DNA of 61,718 bases, filler included, from Bacteriovoracaceae bacterium (GTDB lineage: Bacteria; Bdellovibrionota; Bacteriovoracia; Bacteriovoracales; Bacteriovoracaceae), in assembly GCA_018649885.1 (NCBI GenBank). It is 4 parts of 4 records of this genome, joined end to end, with 100 filler letters (N's around TTAATTAATTAA, not from the genome) between each part and the next. Parts side by side here need not be neighbours in the genome. Positions count along the whole stretch, not along the records: positions 1 to 26,838 come from JABIHA010000102.1; 3 more parts are not named here. One strand, given 5' to 3'. Below the pieces are notes generated by a model. It saw only the letters and a list, made by a program, of their open reading frames with translations. It was not told the DNA's origin and ran no database searches. The first letter of the stretch is position 1. Every line of letters begins with the position of its first letter. The position numbers and the translations under genes are program-made. This document shows, piece by piece, positions 1 through 9,575 of this stretch.

Positions 1-1365
1 ATTGGTGAAATGGGCGGCAATACTCAGACTGCCAGGATGTTCAATTGGCTCTCTGATAAGGGAGTAAACTGGATCAGCTTAGGTGAGGACTATGATAGTT
101 TCATCTACCCAGATGGCTACAAAATTGCTTTTCCCAATGACAAAAATGAATATATCAGAAGGTTAAAAGAAGACTTTCCAGATGAGACAGAAAAACTTGA
201 TGAGTATTTCAAGCTTGTCAAAAAAGCTGCTCATGAGGCCAAGTCATATTTTGCTTTTAAGCTTCTGCCTGAAAAAATTGACTCTGCCTTTAGCCGCATA
301 AACCATAAATTTCAAAAAGATTGGTGGGAAGCGACAGCTGAAGATGTACTACAAGAAATGGGACTTAGTGAAAAACTAATAACCGTACTAACAGCGCAGT
401 GGGGTTATCATGGAAATATTCCAAACGAAGCCAGCTTTGCCATACATGCCCTTATCGTAAATCACTTTGCCTGGGGAGCTTATTACCCTCAAGGCGGATC
501 GAAATCGATTGCCAGCGCTCTACTTAGTCAGGTTGAAAATGCAGGAGGTGAAACTCTTTGCCGCGCTTTTGTCGAAGAAGTTTTGGTCGAGGGAAATAAG
601 GCCGTTGGGGTGAGATTGAAGACTGGTGAGAAATTTTATGCACCCAAAATCATCTCTGCTATTCCGGCCAAAAAGACTGTAGAGAATCTTATTCCTAGCA
701 GTTTTAAAAATACGCCTTGGGCAAAAGAGATCTCTAAAATTCCAGACTCTCCTCCCTATCTCTGTCTTCACATGGGATTTAAAGGTGATATTAAAAAGGC
801 CGGAGCTAAGTCCACAAATATGTGGTTTATGAATACCTACTCTAGAGAGAAAAAGCTTTGGGATATTAGTGATCCCAATTCAATCATAGATATTCTCTAT
901 GTCAGCTTCCCCTCACTTAAAGACCCAGAACACAATCCAGGTGAGGAGATGATTCATACAGGTGAAGCTGTGACTTTTGTTCCCTATGATATCTTTGAAA
1001 AGTGGAAGAATTCTGATTACGGTAAGAGAGACCAAAGTTACAAGGACTTTAAAAATCAAATTGAAAAAAGAATCATCGATCATCTCAAAGAGCGTATACC
1101 AGATATTATGCAGTATTTAGATTTTGTAGAATTGTCGACTCCTTTAACATCAGAACATTTTGTGGAAGTTGTTAAAGGCGCCATCTATGGTCTCGACAGC
1201 TCTCCTGCTAGATTTGCTTGTAAAAAATTAAGACCTAGAACTCCTATAAAAGGATTTTATCTCTCTGGCGTGGATATCACGACAACAGGTGTTATGGGTG
1301 GAATGACCGCCGGACTGATAACCGCAGCTACAATAGAACCAAAAGTTATTCGCCATCTTCTCTAA
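1..1365 (+). CDS. Phytoene desaturase / retinol-saturase-like FAD oxidoreductase, 5'-truncated by window edge
   Basis: Frame open from base 1; GAYYPQGG, STPLT..F...GAIYGL and PIKGFYLSG motifs typical of CrtI/RetSat family; N-terminal Rossmann GxGxxG lies outside the window. Confidence 0.8.
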   Translation: MGEMGGNTQTARMFNWLSDKGVNWISLGEDYDSFIYPDGYKIAFPNDKNEYIRRLKEDFPDETEKLDEYFKLVKKAAHEAKSYFAFKLLPEKIDSAFSRINHKFQKDWWEATAEDVLQEMGLSEKLITVLTAQWGYHGNIPNEASFAIHALIVNHFAWGAYYPQGGSKSIASALLSQVENAGGETLCRAFVEEVLVEGNKAVGVRLKTGEKFYAPKIISAIPAKKTVENLIPSSFKNTPWAKEISKIPDSPPYLCLHMGFKGDIKKAGAKSTNMWFMNTYSREKKLWDISDPNSIIDILYVSFPSLKDPEHNPGEEMIHTGEAVTFVPYDIFEKWKNSDYGKRDQSYKDFKNQIEKRIIDHLKERIPDIMQYLDFVELSTPLTSEHFVEVVKGAIYGLDSSPARFACKKLRPRTPIKGFYLSGVDITTTGVMGGMTAGLITAATIEPKVIRHLL

Positions 1366-1398
1366 CTCCCCCCCTGAGAAGATGGTGATAAATGCAAA

Positions 1399-1424
1399 GA
1401 AGGGGAGATGAAAATCTCCCCTTC
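1399..1424. terminator. Hairpin between convergent genes
   Basis: gaaggggagat-gaaa-atctccccttc perfect 11-bp stem. Confidence 0.7.
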
Positions 1425-1454
1425 CTCTTAATAGTAAAATTACTTATCTATTTT

Positions 1455-2579
1455 TTATTCTGCTGATTCGCCAGAAGCTTCTGATCCTTCAGACCCAGCT
1501 CCAGCGTAACGACGTCTTCTATGAGGAAATCTTGGTCTTTTGTGCTCACCTTCTCCCTCGCTAGCAATGCTTCTTGCGGCCTTGGCTTCTTCACCACTAA
1601 CAAAACCATCGCCGTCAGTATCAGCTTTTTTCTCCCAGGGCCGGTTGACTTTACTTTTGGCCCTTAGGCGCATTTGTCTTCTTTCAACCTGGTCGATTTT
1701 TCCATCACCATTACTATCAGCGTGCTCTTTTACATTTTGAGCTCGCCTATGCTCTCTTGGCCCAACATGGCCGTCATTATTTTTATCGGCCCTTTCTTCC
1801 CAAGGTTTGTCGACTTGAGCTTGCTCTCTATGTTGTTCCCTATACTCTTTGGCATTTTGTCTTTCTCTGGGTCCCACACGACCATCATGGTTTTTATCTG
1901 CACGGGCTTCCCAGGGACGATCCACTTGAAATTGTTGTCTTTTTCCCTCTGCCCATTTATTTTCTCTTGGTCCAACATGACCATCATTATTTTTATCAGC
2001 ACGAGCTTCCCAGGGACGATTAACTTGAGATTGTTGTCTTTTTCCCTTGGCCCATCTATTTTCTCTTGGTCCAACATGACCATCATTATTTTTGTCAGCT
2101 CTGGCTTCCCAGGGTCTGTCCACTTGTGATTTTTCTCTTCTATTTTGGGCCCAGCCACCACCTTGTGATGATCCGTTTTGCCCACCTTGGAAGTTTCCAC
2201 GTCCTGGACGATTATTTCCACCACGACCACCTTGAAAGTTTCCACCTCCGCGTCCTGGTCGGTTATTTCCACTGCGTCCGCCTTGAAAGTTTCCGCCTCT
2301 AGCATGAGCTGGTCCTCTGGCCTGTCCAGCGCCACCTCTATTACCGCGCCTAGCTCCAGCGCCGCCTCTATTTCCTCGCTGAGCTCTGCCGCCACCTCGC
2401 TGAGCTCCGCCGCCACCTCGATGACCACCGCCACCTCCGCGCTTGAAGCCGCTGCCTCTATGACCACCGCCACCTCCGCGACGTCCACCGCCTCCGCCTC
2501 GTCGGGCGAAAACTTCACTAGTTAATGCAAATGAGAGTAAGGTCACCAAAAAGGTGCTTAAAACTGAACGTATTTTCAT
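1455..2579 (-). CDS. Secreted protein with Gly/Arg-rich N-terminal region and EF-hand-like repeats
   Basis: Signal peptide ending VFA; RGG-rich tract; repeats QVxRPWEARADKNNDGHVGPRE; six DxNxDG/DxDxDG loops. Confidence 0.75.
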   Translation of the reverse strand: MKIRSVLSTFLVTLLSFALTSEVFARRGGGGGRRGGGGGHRGSGFKRGGGGGHRGGGGAQRGGGRAQRGNRGGAGARRGNRGGAGQARGPAHARGGNFQGGRSGNNRPGRGGGNFQGGRGGNNRPGRGNFQGGQNGSSQGGGWAQNRREKSQVDRPWEARADKNNDGHVGPRENRWAKGKRQQSQVNRPWEARADKNNDGHVGPRENKWAEGKRQQFQVDRPWEARADKNHDGRVGPRERQNAKEYREQHREQAQVDKPWEERADKNNDGHVGPREHRRAQNVKEHADSNGDGKIDQVERRQMRLRAKSKVNRPWEKKADTDGDGFVSGEEAKAARSIASEGEGEHKRPRFPHRRRRYAGAGSEGSEASGESAE

Positions 2580-2792
2580 AATGTTCTCCCTTTTCTTCTG
2601 CTCCCAATCTCCCCAAAGATTAAAAACCTCTATTTTGAAGTAGTTTACCCCCTCTTTTCGGTCAAATTGCTTTTTTACTGGAATCCTTGGCCAAACTTTA
2701 TAAATTCAGGTGCTTAAGTATACAAAATGATTTTATTGGCTGATTTATGAGTAGGAACTGCGCCAAAAAAAAGAGGCAAAAGAGCAGTGAAA

Positions 2793-3050
2793 TTAGGTAG
2801 TAAAGGAAGCAATCCAGATGGGAATTAAAATATAGATGATGGTGTCTCTGATTAAATAAAACAGAAAAAAGTAGATAAAGGCCTTTGGTCCTTTATCCCA
2901 CAGCTTTTCAAGACCCAAAACCTGGGCCTTTTGCCCCATTTTGACCATGAATTTTGTTTTGCCGAAATGCTTGAAAAAGAAGCTGACAGCTCCATCCACT
3001 TTCTTATCAAAACTTAAAAAACGTCCGTAAATCCGACTTCGAATCTGCAT
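2793..3050 (-). CDS. Small membrane protein
   Basis: 85 aa ORF with C-terminal hydrophobic segment. Confidence 0.55.
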   Translation of the reverse strand: MQIRSRIYGRFLSFDKKVDGAVSFFFKHFGKTKFMVKMGQKAQVLGLEKLWDKGPKAFIYFFLFYLIRDTIIYILIPIWIASFTT

Positions 3051-3167
3051 GACAACTTTGTAACATGTTCTATGCCCATAAGTTAACTGATAAAAATCAA
3101 AGGCAAAAATATACCCTTTCTACAAATCTGTGACAAAGTTGTGACGTCTTTCCCATAGTATAATCCC

Positions 3168-4088
3168 ATGTTAGACCAATTGACCCTCTGCAATTTCCAA
3201 AATTCCCATGAGTCTCAAATTCTGAGGCCCGAGGGCAGTTTCATTATGAAAACCTGTCAGAGAACAATTGTCTTACAACACAGCTGGTCTGAAGCCGATA
3301 CTCCGGTGGAGCAAGAGCCTAGCATTCAAAAATATTGTGGAAAAGATGCCTATATATTTATGCTCGAGGTCATTTGTGGTCTACAAAGTCATGTTTTGGC
3401 CGAAAATGAGATCACCTCCCAATTTAAAAAATCATTTTTAGAGTACATAAAATCAGATCATAAAAACCCACTGCTTATAAAAATCATGGAAAAGCTGCTT
3501 AAAGATGCCAAAGAAGTGAGAACCAAGCACTTAATTGGCCTTGGCCACAATACCTACGCAGGCCTCACAAGATCTATCATGGAGCGCAAAAATAAGCTCG
3601 AAAGCATCCTGATACTAGGCTCTGGAGATTTGGCCATTGATCTTTGCTACCAATTTAAGAAAAAATACGATGTCTATATAAGTGCCAGAAACCCAGAAAA
3701 AGTGAAAACACTTTGCCTTGAGCACGGTGTAAAAGCGGTTCCCTGGATGGATGCCAAGGAGTATTGTAATTTTTCTCACATGGCCAATACCCTTGGTGGT
3801 AATCAGGTCTTGCTGGATCACTCATTTTTCAAAAGCTGGGCGGCCAGTCATAACAAAAATAACATTTTGGTAGACCTCAGCTCTCCAAGCACTATTGACA
3901 CCTCTTTTTCCCTAGGTGAAGGTGTCTTCAGATTAGAGGATCTCTTTAGTCTGGGGGCCACTAAAAACAAAGACAAAATGGACAAAATCTCCCAGGCAAG
4001 GGACTACATGAAAAAGCTAGCGCAGCACCGCGACCTCTCTTTTATGTTGTCATTACCCTTTGGTTGGGAGGAGCTACAATTTGCCTGA
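3168..4088 (+). CDS. hemA: Short glutamyl-tRNA reductase
   Basis: TCQR (catalytic TCNR-like), GLQSHVLAENEI (GLDSxxLGExQI-like), GSGDLA NADPH site; first gene of heme operon. Confidence 0.75.
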   Translation: MLDQLTLCNFQNSHESQILRPEGSFIMKTCQRTIVLQHSWSEADTPVEQEPSIQKYCGKDAYIFMLEVICGLQSHVLAENEITSQFKKSFLEYIKSDHKNPLLIKIMEKLLKDAKEVRTKHLIGLGHNTYAGLTRSIMERKNKLESILILGSGDLAIDLCYQFKKKYDVYISARNPEKVKTLCLEHGVKAVPWMDAKEYCNFSHMANTLGGNQVLLDHSFFKSWAASHNKNNILVDLSSPSTIDTSFSLGEGVFRLEDLFSLGATKNKDKMDKISQARDYMKKLAQHRDLSFMLSLPFGWEELQFA

Positions 4089-5661
4089 TTCAGAAAAAAC
4101 CTTCGTCATTGGAACAAGGGCCAGTCTTTTGGCCGTCACCCAATGCACACTTGTAAAAAATCAACTTGAAAAAATTTCTGGCCGAAAATTCAGCCTCAAA
4201 TTAATTGAAACAGAGGGTGATCAAAAAACTGATAAACCATTGTGGCAACTTGAGGGAAAAGATTTTTTCACAAAAGAGCTCGATAGCGCACTCTTAATGG
4301 GTGAGGTAGATATGGTAGTTCACTCCTACAAAGATTTAGGAAGTGAAAGGCCTGAGGGAATTAAACTGGCTGCTGTCACCAGAAGAGCTAGCCCTTACGA
4401 TATACTGTTATTTAATAAGAATAGTTTTGACCATGAGTCTGCTAAAAGATTTTGTGTCGGGACTAGCTCTCCTAGAAGAATTTCTAACACCACTGCTTTT
4501 TTAAAAGACTTTCTTCCCTCCCCTATATCAAAACTGCCCATAGAAACAGAAGTTCTCAGAGGTAACGTCAACACAAGAATCCAAAAACTTAGAGATGGAA
4601 AATATGATGCCATCATTTTGGCCATGGCAGGACTTGAAAGACTTTGTGGACTTCAAAACTCCAAAAAACAGCTAAGAGAGCTTTTAAATGGGCTTGACTA
4701 CAGCATTCTTCCAGCTGATTACTTCACACCAGCTGCTTCACAGGGAGCACTGGCCATTGAATGCCTTGATGGCAGGAACGACGATGGTGAGCTTGAGAAA
4801 ATTTTAGACTGCGCAACTCATGGTGATACATGGGACTCAATAAAAAAAGAAAGGGCCATTTTTAATTCTTATGGAGGTGGATGCCACCTGGCCGTTGGAA
4901 TTCATGTTGAAAAAAAAGACCATCACTACATACACCGAATTCAAGGTGAAGTGGATGGAAAAAGAGTTGAAAGCTACTATAGTGAGCCCAAAGTTCAACT
5001 GGCTTGTCCTGCTGACAAAGATCAAAACAAGGTTTTCGTAGGTCTTGCTCCAGAAAAAGTATCTGAGAATTACCTAAGTGATAAGTTACTAGAAAAAAAA
5101 TCAGTGATAGCAGAAAATGGGCCTTATCCTAGCGGCCATTTCTTTGTCACCTCTTGGCATTGCATAGATAACTTAGAGAAAGTTTTTGACTCGGGTAGAG
5201 TTTGGGTTTCTGGCTCAAAAACTTGGAAGGCCCTTGCTAGCAGAGGCTTTTGGGTTAACGGTTCTGCTGATTATATGGGACACGGAAAAATTGCGGCCTT
5301 TAGAAATAGCCCACTAGTAAAGCTGTTTGGTGAAATAGATTCTGTGAACGACAAATGTAACGTGTTGACACATAAAGACTCTGATTCTGAAATTGGAGAA
5401 ATTCTCCCCAGTTATGAGCGAGTCACCAAATCTCTGTCTCCAGAATATGTGGAAAAGCTAAAATCCGCACAGTATTTTTTCTGGACTAGCTTTCATCAAT
5501 ATTCTCAGTACACAGACTTAATTCCAGAAATTAAAAATGGACAGCACTTTTGCGGCTTAGGTAAAACTTTGGCCCATTTCAAAGAAAACAATATTAAAAT
5601 TACCAGTTTTTCAAATTTGTCAGAATTTTTGAACTGGACCAAAGGAAACGCACATGAATAA
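4081..5661 (+). CDS. hemC: Hydroxymethylbilane synthase with C-terminal HemD-like domain
   Basis: IGTRASLLA, GKDFFTKEL, VHSYKDL, GTSSPRR, LRGNVNTRI, GGC cofactor site; about 230 aa C-terminal extension; start placed at TTG 4081 (ORF track 4060). Confidence 0.9.
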   Translation: MPDSEKTFVIGTRASLLAVTQCTLVKNQLEKISGRKFSLKLIETEGDQKTDKPLWQLEGKDFFTKELDSALLMGEVDMVVHSYKDLGSERPEGIKLAAVTRRASPYDILLFNKNSFDHESAKRFCVGTSSPRRISNTTAFLKDFLPSPISKLPIETEVLRGNVNTRIQKLRDGKYDAIILAMAGLERLCGLQNSKKQLRELLNGLDYSILPADYFTPAASQGALAIECLDGRNDDGELEKILDCATHGDTWDSIKKERAIFNSYGGGCHLAVGIHVEKKDHHYIHRIQGEVDGKRVESYYSEPKVQLACPADKDQNKVFVGLAPEKVSENYLSDKLLEKKSVIAENGPYPSGHFFVTSWHCIDNLEKVFDSGRVWVSGSKTWKALASRGFWVNGSADYMGHGKIAAFRNSPLVKLFGEIDSVNDKCNVLTHKDSDSEIGEILPSYERVTKSLSPEYVEKLKSAQYFFWTSFHQYSQYTDLIPEIKNGQHFCGLGKTLAHFKENNIKITSFSNLSEFLNWTKGNAHE

Positions 5662-6931
5662 GTCAAAAGAATCTCTTTTTGAGAAATCAAAAACCTTAGT
5701 TCCCGGTGGAGTTCATTCACCCGTTCGAAGTTTTAAAGGTCTAAATACAACTCCCATATTTATTGAAAGAGCTGAGGGGGCCAAAATTTATGATACTGAG
5801 GGAAAAGACTATATTGATTTTTGTATGAGCTTTGGCCCACTAATTTTGGGACATAGAAACAAGACTGTAGAAAATGATCTAAAATCGGCACTGGAGCGGG
5901 GCTGGAGTTTTGGAGCATGTGAGCCCTACTCCCTAGAATTAGCAGAATTTATCACCAGTAAAATTGATTTTGTAGAACAAGTTCGTTTTGTGAACTCTGG
6001 CACTGAAGCTGTAATGACAGCACTCAGACTCGCTAGAGGGGCAACAAAGAGAGATAAAATTATTAAATTTAATGGCTGTTATCACGGTCACGTTGACAGC
6101 ATGTTAATTAAAGCTGGATCAGGTCTTGCTGGAGAGGCAGAATCATCATCAAAGGGTATCCCAGAAGGTGTGGCAAAAGACACATTGACCTGTGAGTTAG
6201 ATGACCGTGAAACTGTTGAGGAAATATTTAAAAGAGAAGGTGCTAATATTGCGGCCATCATAGTTGAACCTCTTCCCGCCAATAATGGATTACTCCCACA
6301 AAGAAAAGAGTATCTTCAGTTTCTAAGAGATATTACGAAGAAAAATGGCGCACTTTTAATTTTTGATGAAGTCATCTCTGGCTTTAGAATGTCCTTTAGT
6401 GGAATGAGTGGAATTCTAGGAATCACTCCAGATCTAGTGACTTACGGAAAAATCATAGGCGGCGGACTCCCGGTTGGAGCAATTTGCGGAAAGAGAGCTC
6501 TACTAGAAAACCTAGCTCCTATGGGAGATGTTTATCAGGCCGGAACTCTTAGTGCCAACCCTCTAGCAATGGTGGGAGGGCTGTCGACACTTCGCCAGTT
6601 AACTGAAGAAAATTACAAAAAATTAGAAGAAGGCACAGGCAAAATTGTAGAAATGTTTCGGGAGTACTTTGCAAGCAAGAGCCAATATGCCCATTTAAAA
6701 GTTCAATCACGTGGCTCTCTATTTTGGATTCATCCCGCAATGCCTGACGACCAAGAAATTTCGAGTCTTGCAGATTTTCCAAGCAATTTAGCTGAAAGTT
6801 TTTCAATTCTTTTTGATGATTTTCTAGAAAAAGGAATATATCTAGCACCTAATGGATACGAAGTTGGCTTTGTTAGTCTAGCTCACTGTGATCAAACCAT
6901 TACCGAATTAAGAAAAAGGCTATGGAGCTAA
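5654..6931 (+). CDS. hemL: Glutamate-1-semialdehyde 2,1-aminomutase
   Basis: PGGVHSPVR, VNSGTEA, GCYHGH, FDEVISGFR, GKIIGGGLP, YQAGTLSANP. Confidence 0.95.
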   Translation: MNKSKESLFEKSKTLVPGGVHSPVRSFKGLNTTPIFIERAEGAKIYDTEGKDYIDFCMSFGPLILGHRNKTVENDLKSALERGWSFGACEPYSLELAEFITSKIDFVEQVRFVNSGTEAVMTALRLARGATKRDKIIKFNGCYHGHVDSMLIKAGSGLAGEAESSSKGIPEGVAKDTLTCELDDRETVEEIFKREGANIAAIIVEPLPANNGLLPQRKEYLQFLRDITKKNGALLIFDEVISGFRMSFSGMSGILGITPDLVTYGKIIGGGLPVGAICGKRALLENLAPMGDVYQAGTLSANPLAMVGGLSTLRQLTEENYKKLEEGTGKIVEMFREYFASKSQYAHLKVQSRGSLFWIHPAMPDDQEISSLADFPSNLAESFSILFDDFLEKGIYLAPNGYEVGFVSLAHCDQTITELRKRLWS

Positions 6932-7839
6932 AGAAAAAAAGGGTAAGTCCCATTCTCATTTTTTCATCACTGTGGATGGTCTTAATCTTGGCCCTAGGTA
7001 CCTGGTGGCTCTATCTTATTGTGACTTTAGGCAAAAAGATTGACCTACTAGATGCCAGCTCACTCCACGGCACCAATTGGTCCTCTATGGTTAAGTGGGA
7101 AGGAATATTCTTTTTCACACTACTTATATTATTATCTACAACTCTTCTCATATTTTATTTAAGAGACACTCGTAGAAACAAGTCCTTTCATGCATTTTTT
7201 GCCTCTCTTACCCATGAGCTAAAGACGCCACTTGCTTCCATCCAACTACAAGCAGAAGTTCTGCAAGAGAAATTAAAAGAACACAAAGTGGGAGGTGATA
7301 TTGAAAAGCTTACAAATAGGCTCACACAAGACACCCAAAAACTAGAATATGAGTTCGATAAAATTTTACAATTATCTCGAATAGAAAAAGGCTCTCCTCT
7401 CAATTTAGATAGTATCGCCATCACACCCTTTGTAGAGAAGTTCTTCACCTCATACCCTTTTGAAATTGAATATAAAATTCAAGATGAAGGTAACAAAGCT
7501 CTTCGCATAAAGGCAGATCAATTCGCCCTAACACTTGTGCTTAGAAACCTAGTAGAAAATACTTTGAAACATAGAAAAACTTCTTCATCTCCAATAAGTA
7601 TTAAAATATCTAGTGTCAGCGGAGATAGAGTGGCCCTTCACTACAATGATCATGGCGGGGCATTCACAGGGGATCACAGCAAACTGGGGACCCTTTTTTA
7701 TCGTCATAATTCAAAGAAGGGTTCAGGCATTGGGCTCTATCTTATTTCAAAGCTTATGAAAAAAATGGATGGCAAAGTGTCTTTTCACCTCAGCCCCGAA
7801 ATTAATTTCACTTTAGTTTTTGAACAGGGAGTTTCTTAA
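6922..7839 (+). CDS. Membrane sensor histidine kinase
   Basis: Two TM helices, THELKTPL H-box, N-box, GSGIGL G2-box. Confidence 0.9.
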   Translation: MELKKKRVSPILIFSSLWMVLILALGTWWLYLIVTLGKKIDLLDASSLHGTNWSSMVKWEGIFFFTLLILLSTTLLIFYLRDTRRNKSFHAFFASLTHELKTPLASIQLQAEVLQEKLKEHKVGGDIEKLTNRLTQDTQKLEYEFDKILQLSRIEKGSPLNLDSIAITPFVEKFFTSYPFEIEYKIQDEGNKALRIKADQFALTLVLRNLVENTLKHRKTSSSPISIKISSVSGDRVALHYNDHGGAFTGDHSKLGTLFYRHNSKKGSGIGLYLISKLMKKMDGKVSFHLSPEINFTLVFEQGVS

Positions 7840-8529
7840 GTGGGAAGCCGAATCCTGATTGTAGAAGATGAAAAAAACTTAGGAGATACTCTCACTGAAT
7901 ATCTAGGTAGTCTAGGTCATCAAATTTCTCTTTCAGGGACTTGTGAAAGTGCTAGAAATTCATTTAATGATTTTGACCCTCAAATTATTTTGATGGATAT
8001 TGGACTCCCCGATGGAGATGGAATTGAGCTCGCAAAAGAGCTTAGAGAGAAGTCCAAAAATTTTGTTTTAATTTTTCTATCTGCTCAAAATGACCCTGAA
8101 ACTCGGCTTCTAGGTCTGGAAATTGGTGCAGACGACTACATTACAAAACCCTTCCAGCTAAAAGAATTAGTCCTAAGACTAGACAGAATTAGTGCTGGAA
8201 AAACCAATATTGATAGTGGTCCTCCAGTCTACACATTTGGAGAAGTCTGCTATTGGCCAAACCGATTTGAAATTAAAGATGGCGTGGGAGATATTCACAA
8301 TCTCTCATTAAAAGAAGCTAATATACTGACTCTCCTTATCAAAAATATGGGCAAGGTTGTTAGTAGAGATCAAATAATAGAAGAAGTATGGGGAAGTGAC
8401 TCTTTCCCCAGTAATAGAACCGTTGATAATTATATTGTTAAATTAAGAAAATGGTCAGACTCAGAACCAAATGGAAAAGTACAAATCCAAAGTGTTCGGG
8501 GTGTGGGCTATAAATTATTAAAAAATTAG
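7840..8529 (+). CDS. OmpR-family response regulator
   Basis: ILIVEDE, D in LMDIGLP, GADDYITKPF, winged-helix RTVDNYI..LRK, VRGVGY. Confidence 0.92.
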   Translation: MGSRILIVEDEKNLGDTLTEYLGSLGHQISLSGTCESARNSFNDFDPQIILMDIGLPDGDGIELAKELREKSKNFVLIFLSAQNDPETRLLGLEIGADDYITKPFQLKELVLRLDRISAGKTNIDSGPPVYTFGEVCYWPNRFEIKDGVGDIHNLSLKEANILTLLIKNMGKVVSRDQIIEEVWGSDSFPSNRTVDNYIVKLRKWSDSEPNGKVQIQSVRGVGYKLLKN

Positions 8530-8537
8530 GAGAACTT

Positions 8538-9575
8538 ATGGGTTTATATGATGATCGCACCAGGACCAGTGATGGTAAAACAGAAATTCCAGTTTGGTTT
8601 ATGAGGCAGGCGGGAAGATACCACGTTCACTATCAAGCGATTCGCAAAAATCATGATTTCATCACAATGTGTAAAACTCCAGAGCTTGCATGTGAAATCA
8701 CCATGGGACCCATTGATGCATTCGACTTTGATGGTGCGATTCTTTTTTCGGATCTGCTCTTCCCACTAGAACAATTGGGACTCGGTCTTCAGTATAGTCC
8801 AGGTCCAAAGCTAGGCTTTAACCTAGAAGACCAAGCCTCATTTGAAAGACTCGACCTTTCAAAAAATGCTCGTGAATTTTATCATTTCCAAAAACTAGCA
8901 TGTGAGCTTTTAAGAGAAAAACTTCCTCAGAGCAAGAGCCTTTTAGGTTTTGCGGGTGCACCTTTTACTCTATTCACCTATGCTGCCTGTGGATCTCATG
9001 CAGGAAATTTGATCCCCGCCAAATCTGGTCTATACGATGGAAGATATCAAAAATTTGTAGATATTTTACTCCCAGAAGTTTTGACTGAAATGATTGTTCA
9101 AGCTGAAGGTGGAGCTGATGGAGTCTGTCTATTTGACACTGCTGCTGGAGAGCTTTGTTTCTCCGACTTTAATAAATTTGTCGTACCTCATATAAAATGG
9201 CTGGCAGAAGAATTTAAAAAAGTTCAGCCCCATAAAAAAGTCACTTACTACGCAAAGTATGCCCCGCTTAGCTACTTCAAGGCCATTGAAAGCGATCACA
9301 TTGATGTTATAGGAGTTGATTGGCGAGTTGATATGGCGCAGGCCCTAAAAGAGCTTGGTCCTGACTACTACGTTCAAGGCAATATTGATCCCACATGGCT
9401 TCATCTTCCATGGGATACACTTGAAAAACTAATGGGTGAGTATTGGAATAGACTGCAAAATGCTCCCAATCTTAATCACTGGATTGCAGGCCTTGGTCAC
9501 GGTGTAACAGTTGGTACTCCACAAGACCACGTTAAAAAAGCTGTAAAATTTATTCATGACAACTTTAGATACTAA
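8538..9575 (+). CDS. hemE: Uroporphyrinogen decarboxylase
   Basis: PVWFMRQAGRY, AILFSDL, GFAGAPFT, QGNIDP, LGHG. Confidence 0.95.
   Translation: MGLYDDRTRTSDGKTEIPVWFMRQAGRYHVHYQAIRKNHDFITMCKTPELACEITMGPIDAFDFDGAILFSDLLFPLEQLGLGLQYSPGPKLGFNLEDQASFERLDLSKNAREFYHFQKLACELLREKLPQSKSLLGFAGAPFTLFTYAACGSHAGNLIPAKSGLYDGRYQKFVDILLPEVLTEMIVQAEGGADGVCLFDTAAGELCFSDFNKFVVPHIKWLAEEFKKVQPHKKVTYYAKYAPLSYFKAIESDHIDVIGVDWRVDMAQALKELGPDYYVQGNIDPTWLHLPWDTLEKLMGEYWNRLQNAPNLNHWIAGLGHGVTVGTPQDHVKKAVKFIHDNFRY

Noticed and set aside
1590..2130. 99-nt repeats as a possible CRISPR array
   Set aside because: In-frame coding repeats with synonymous variation; no unique spacers or cas genes
1540..2525. Several overlapping ORFs including 1730-2518 (262 aa)
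   Set aside because: Shadow frames of the repetitive Gly-rich gene
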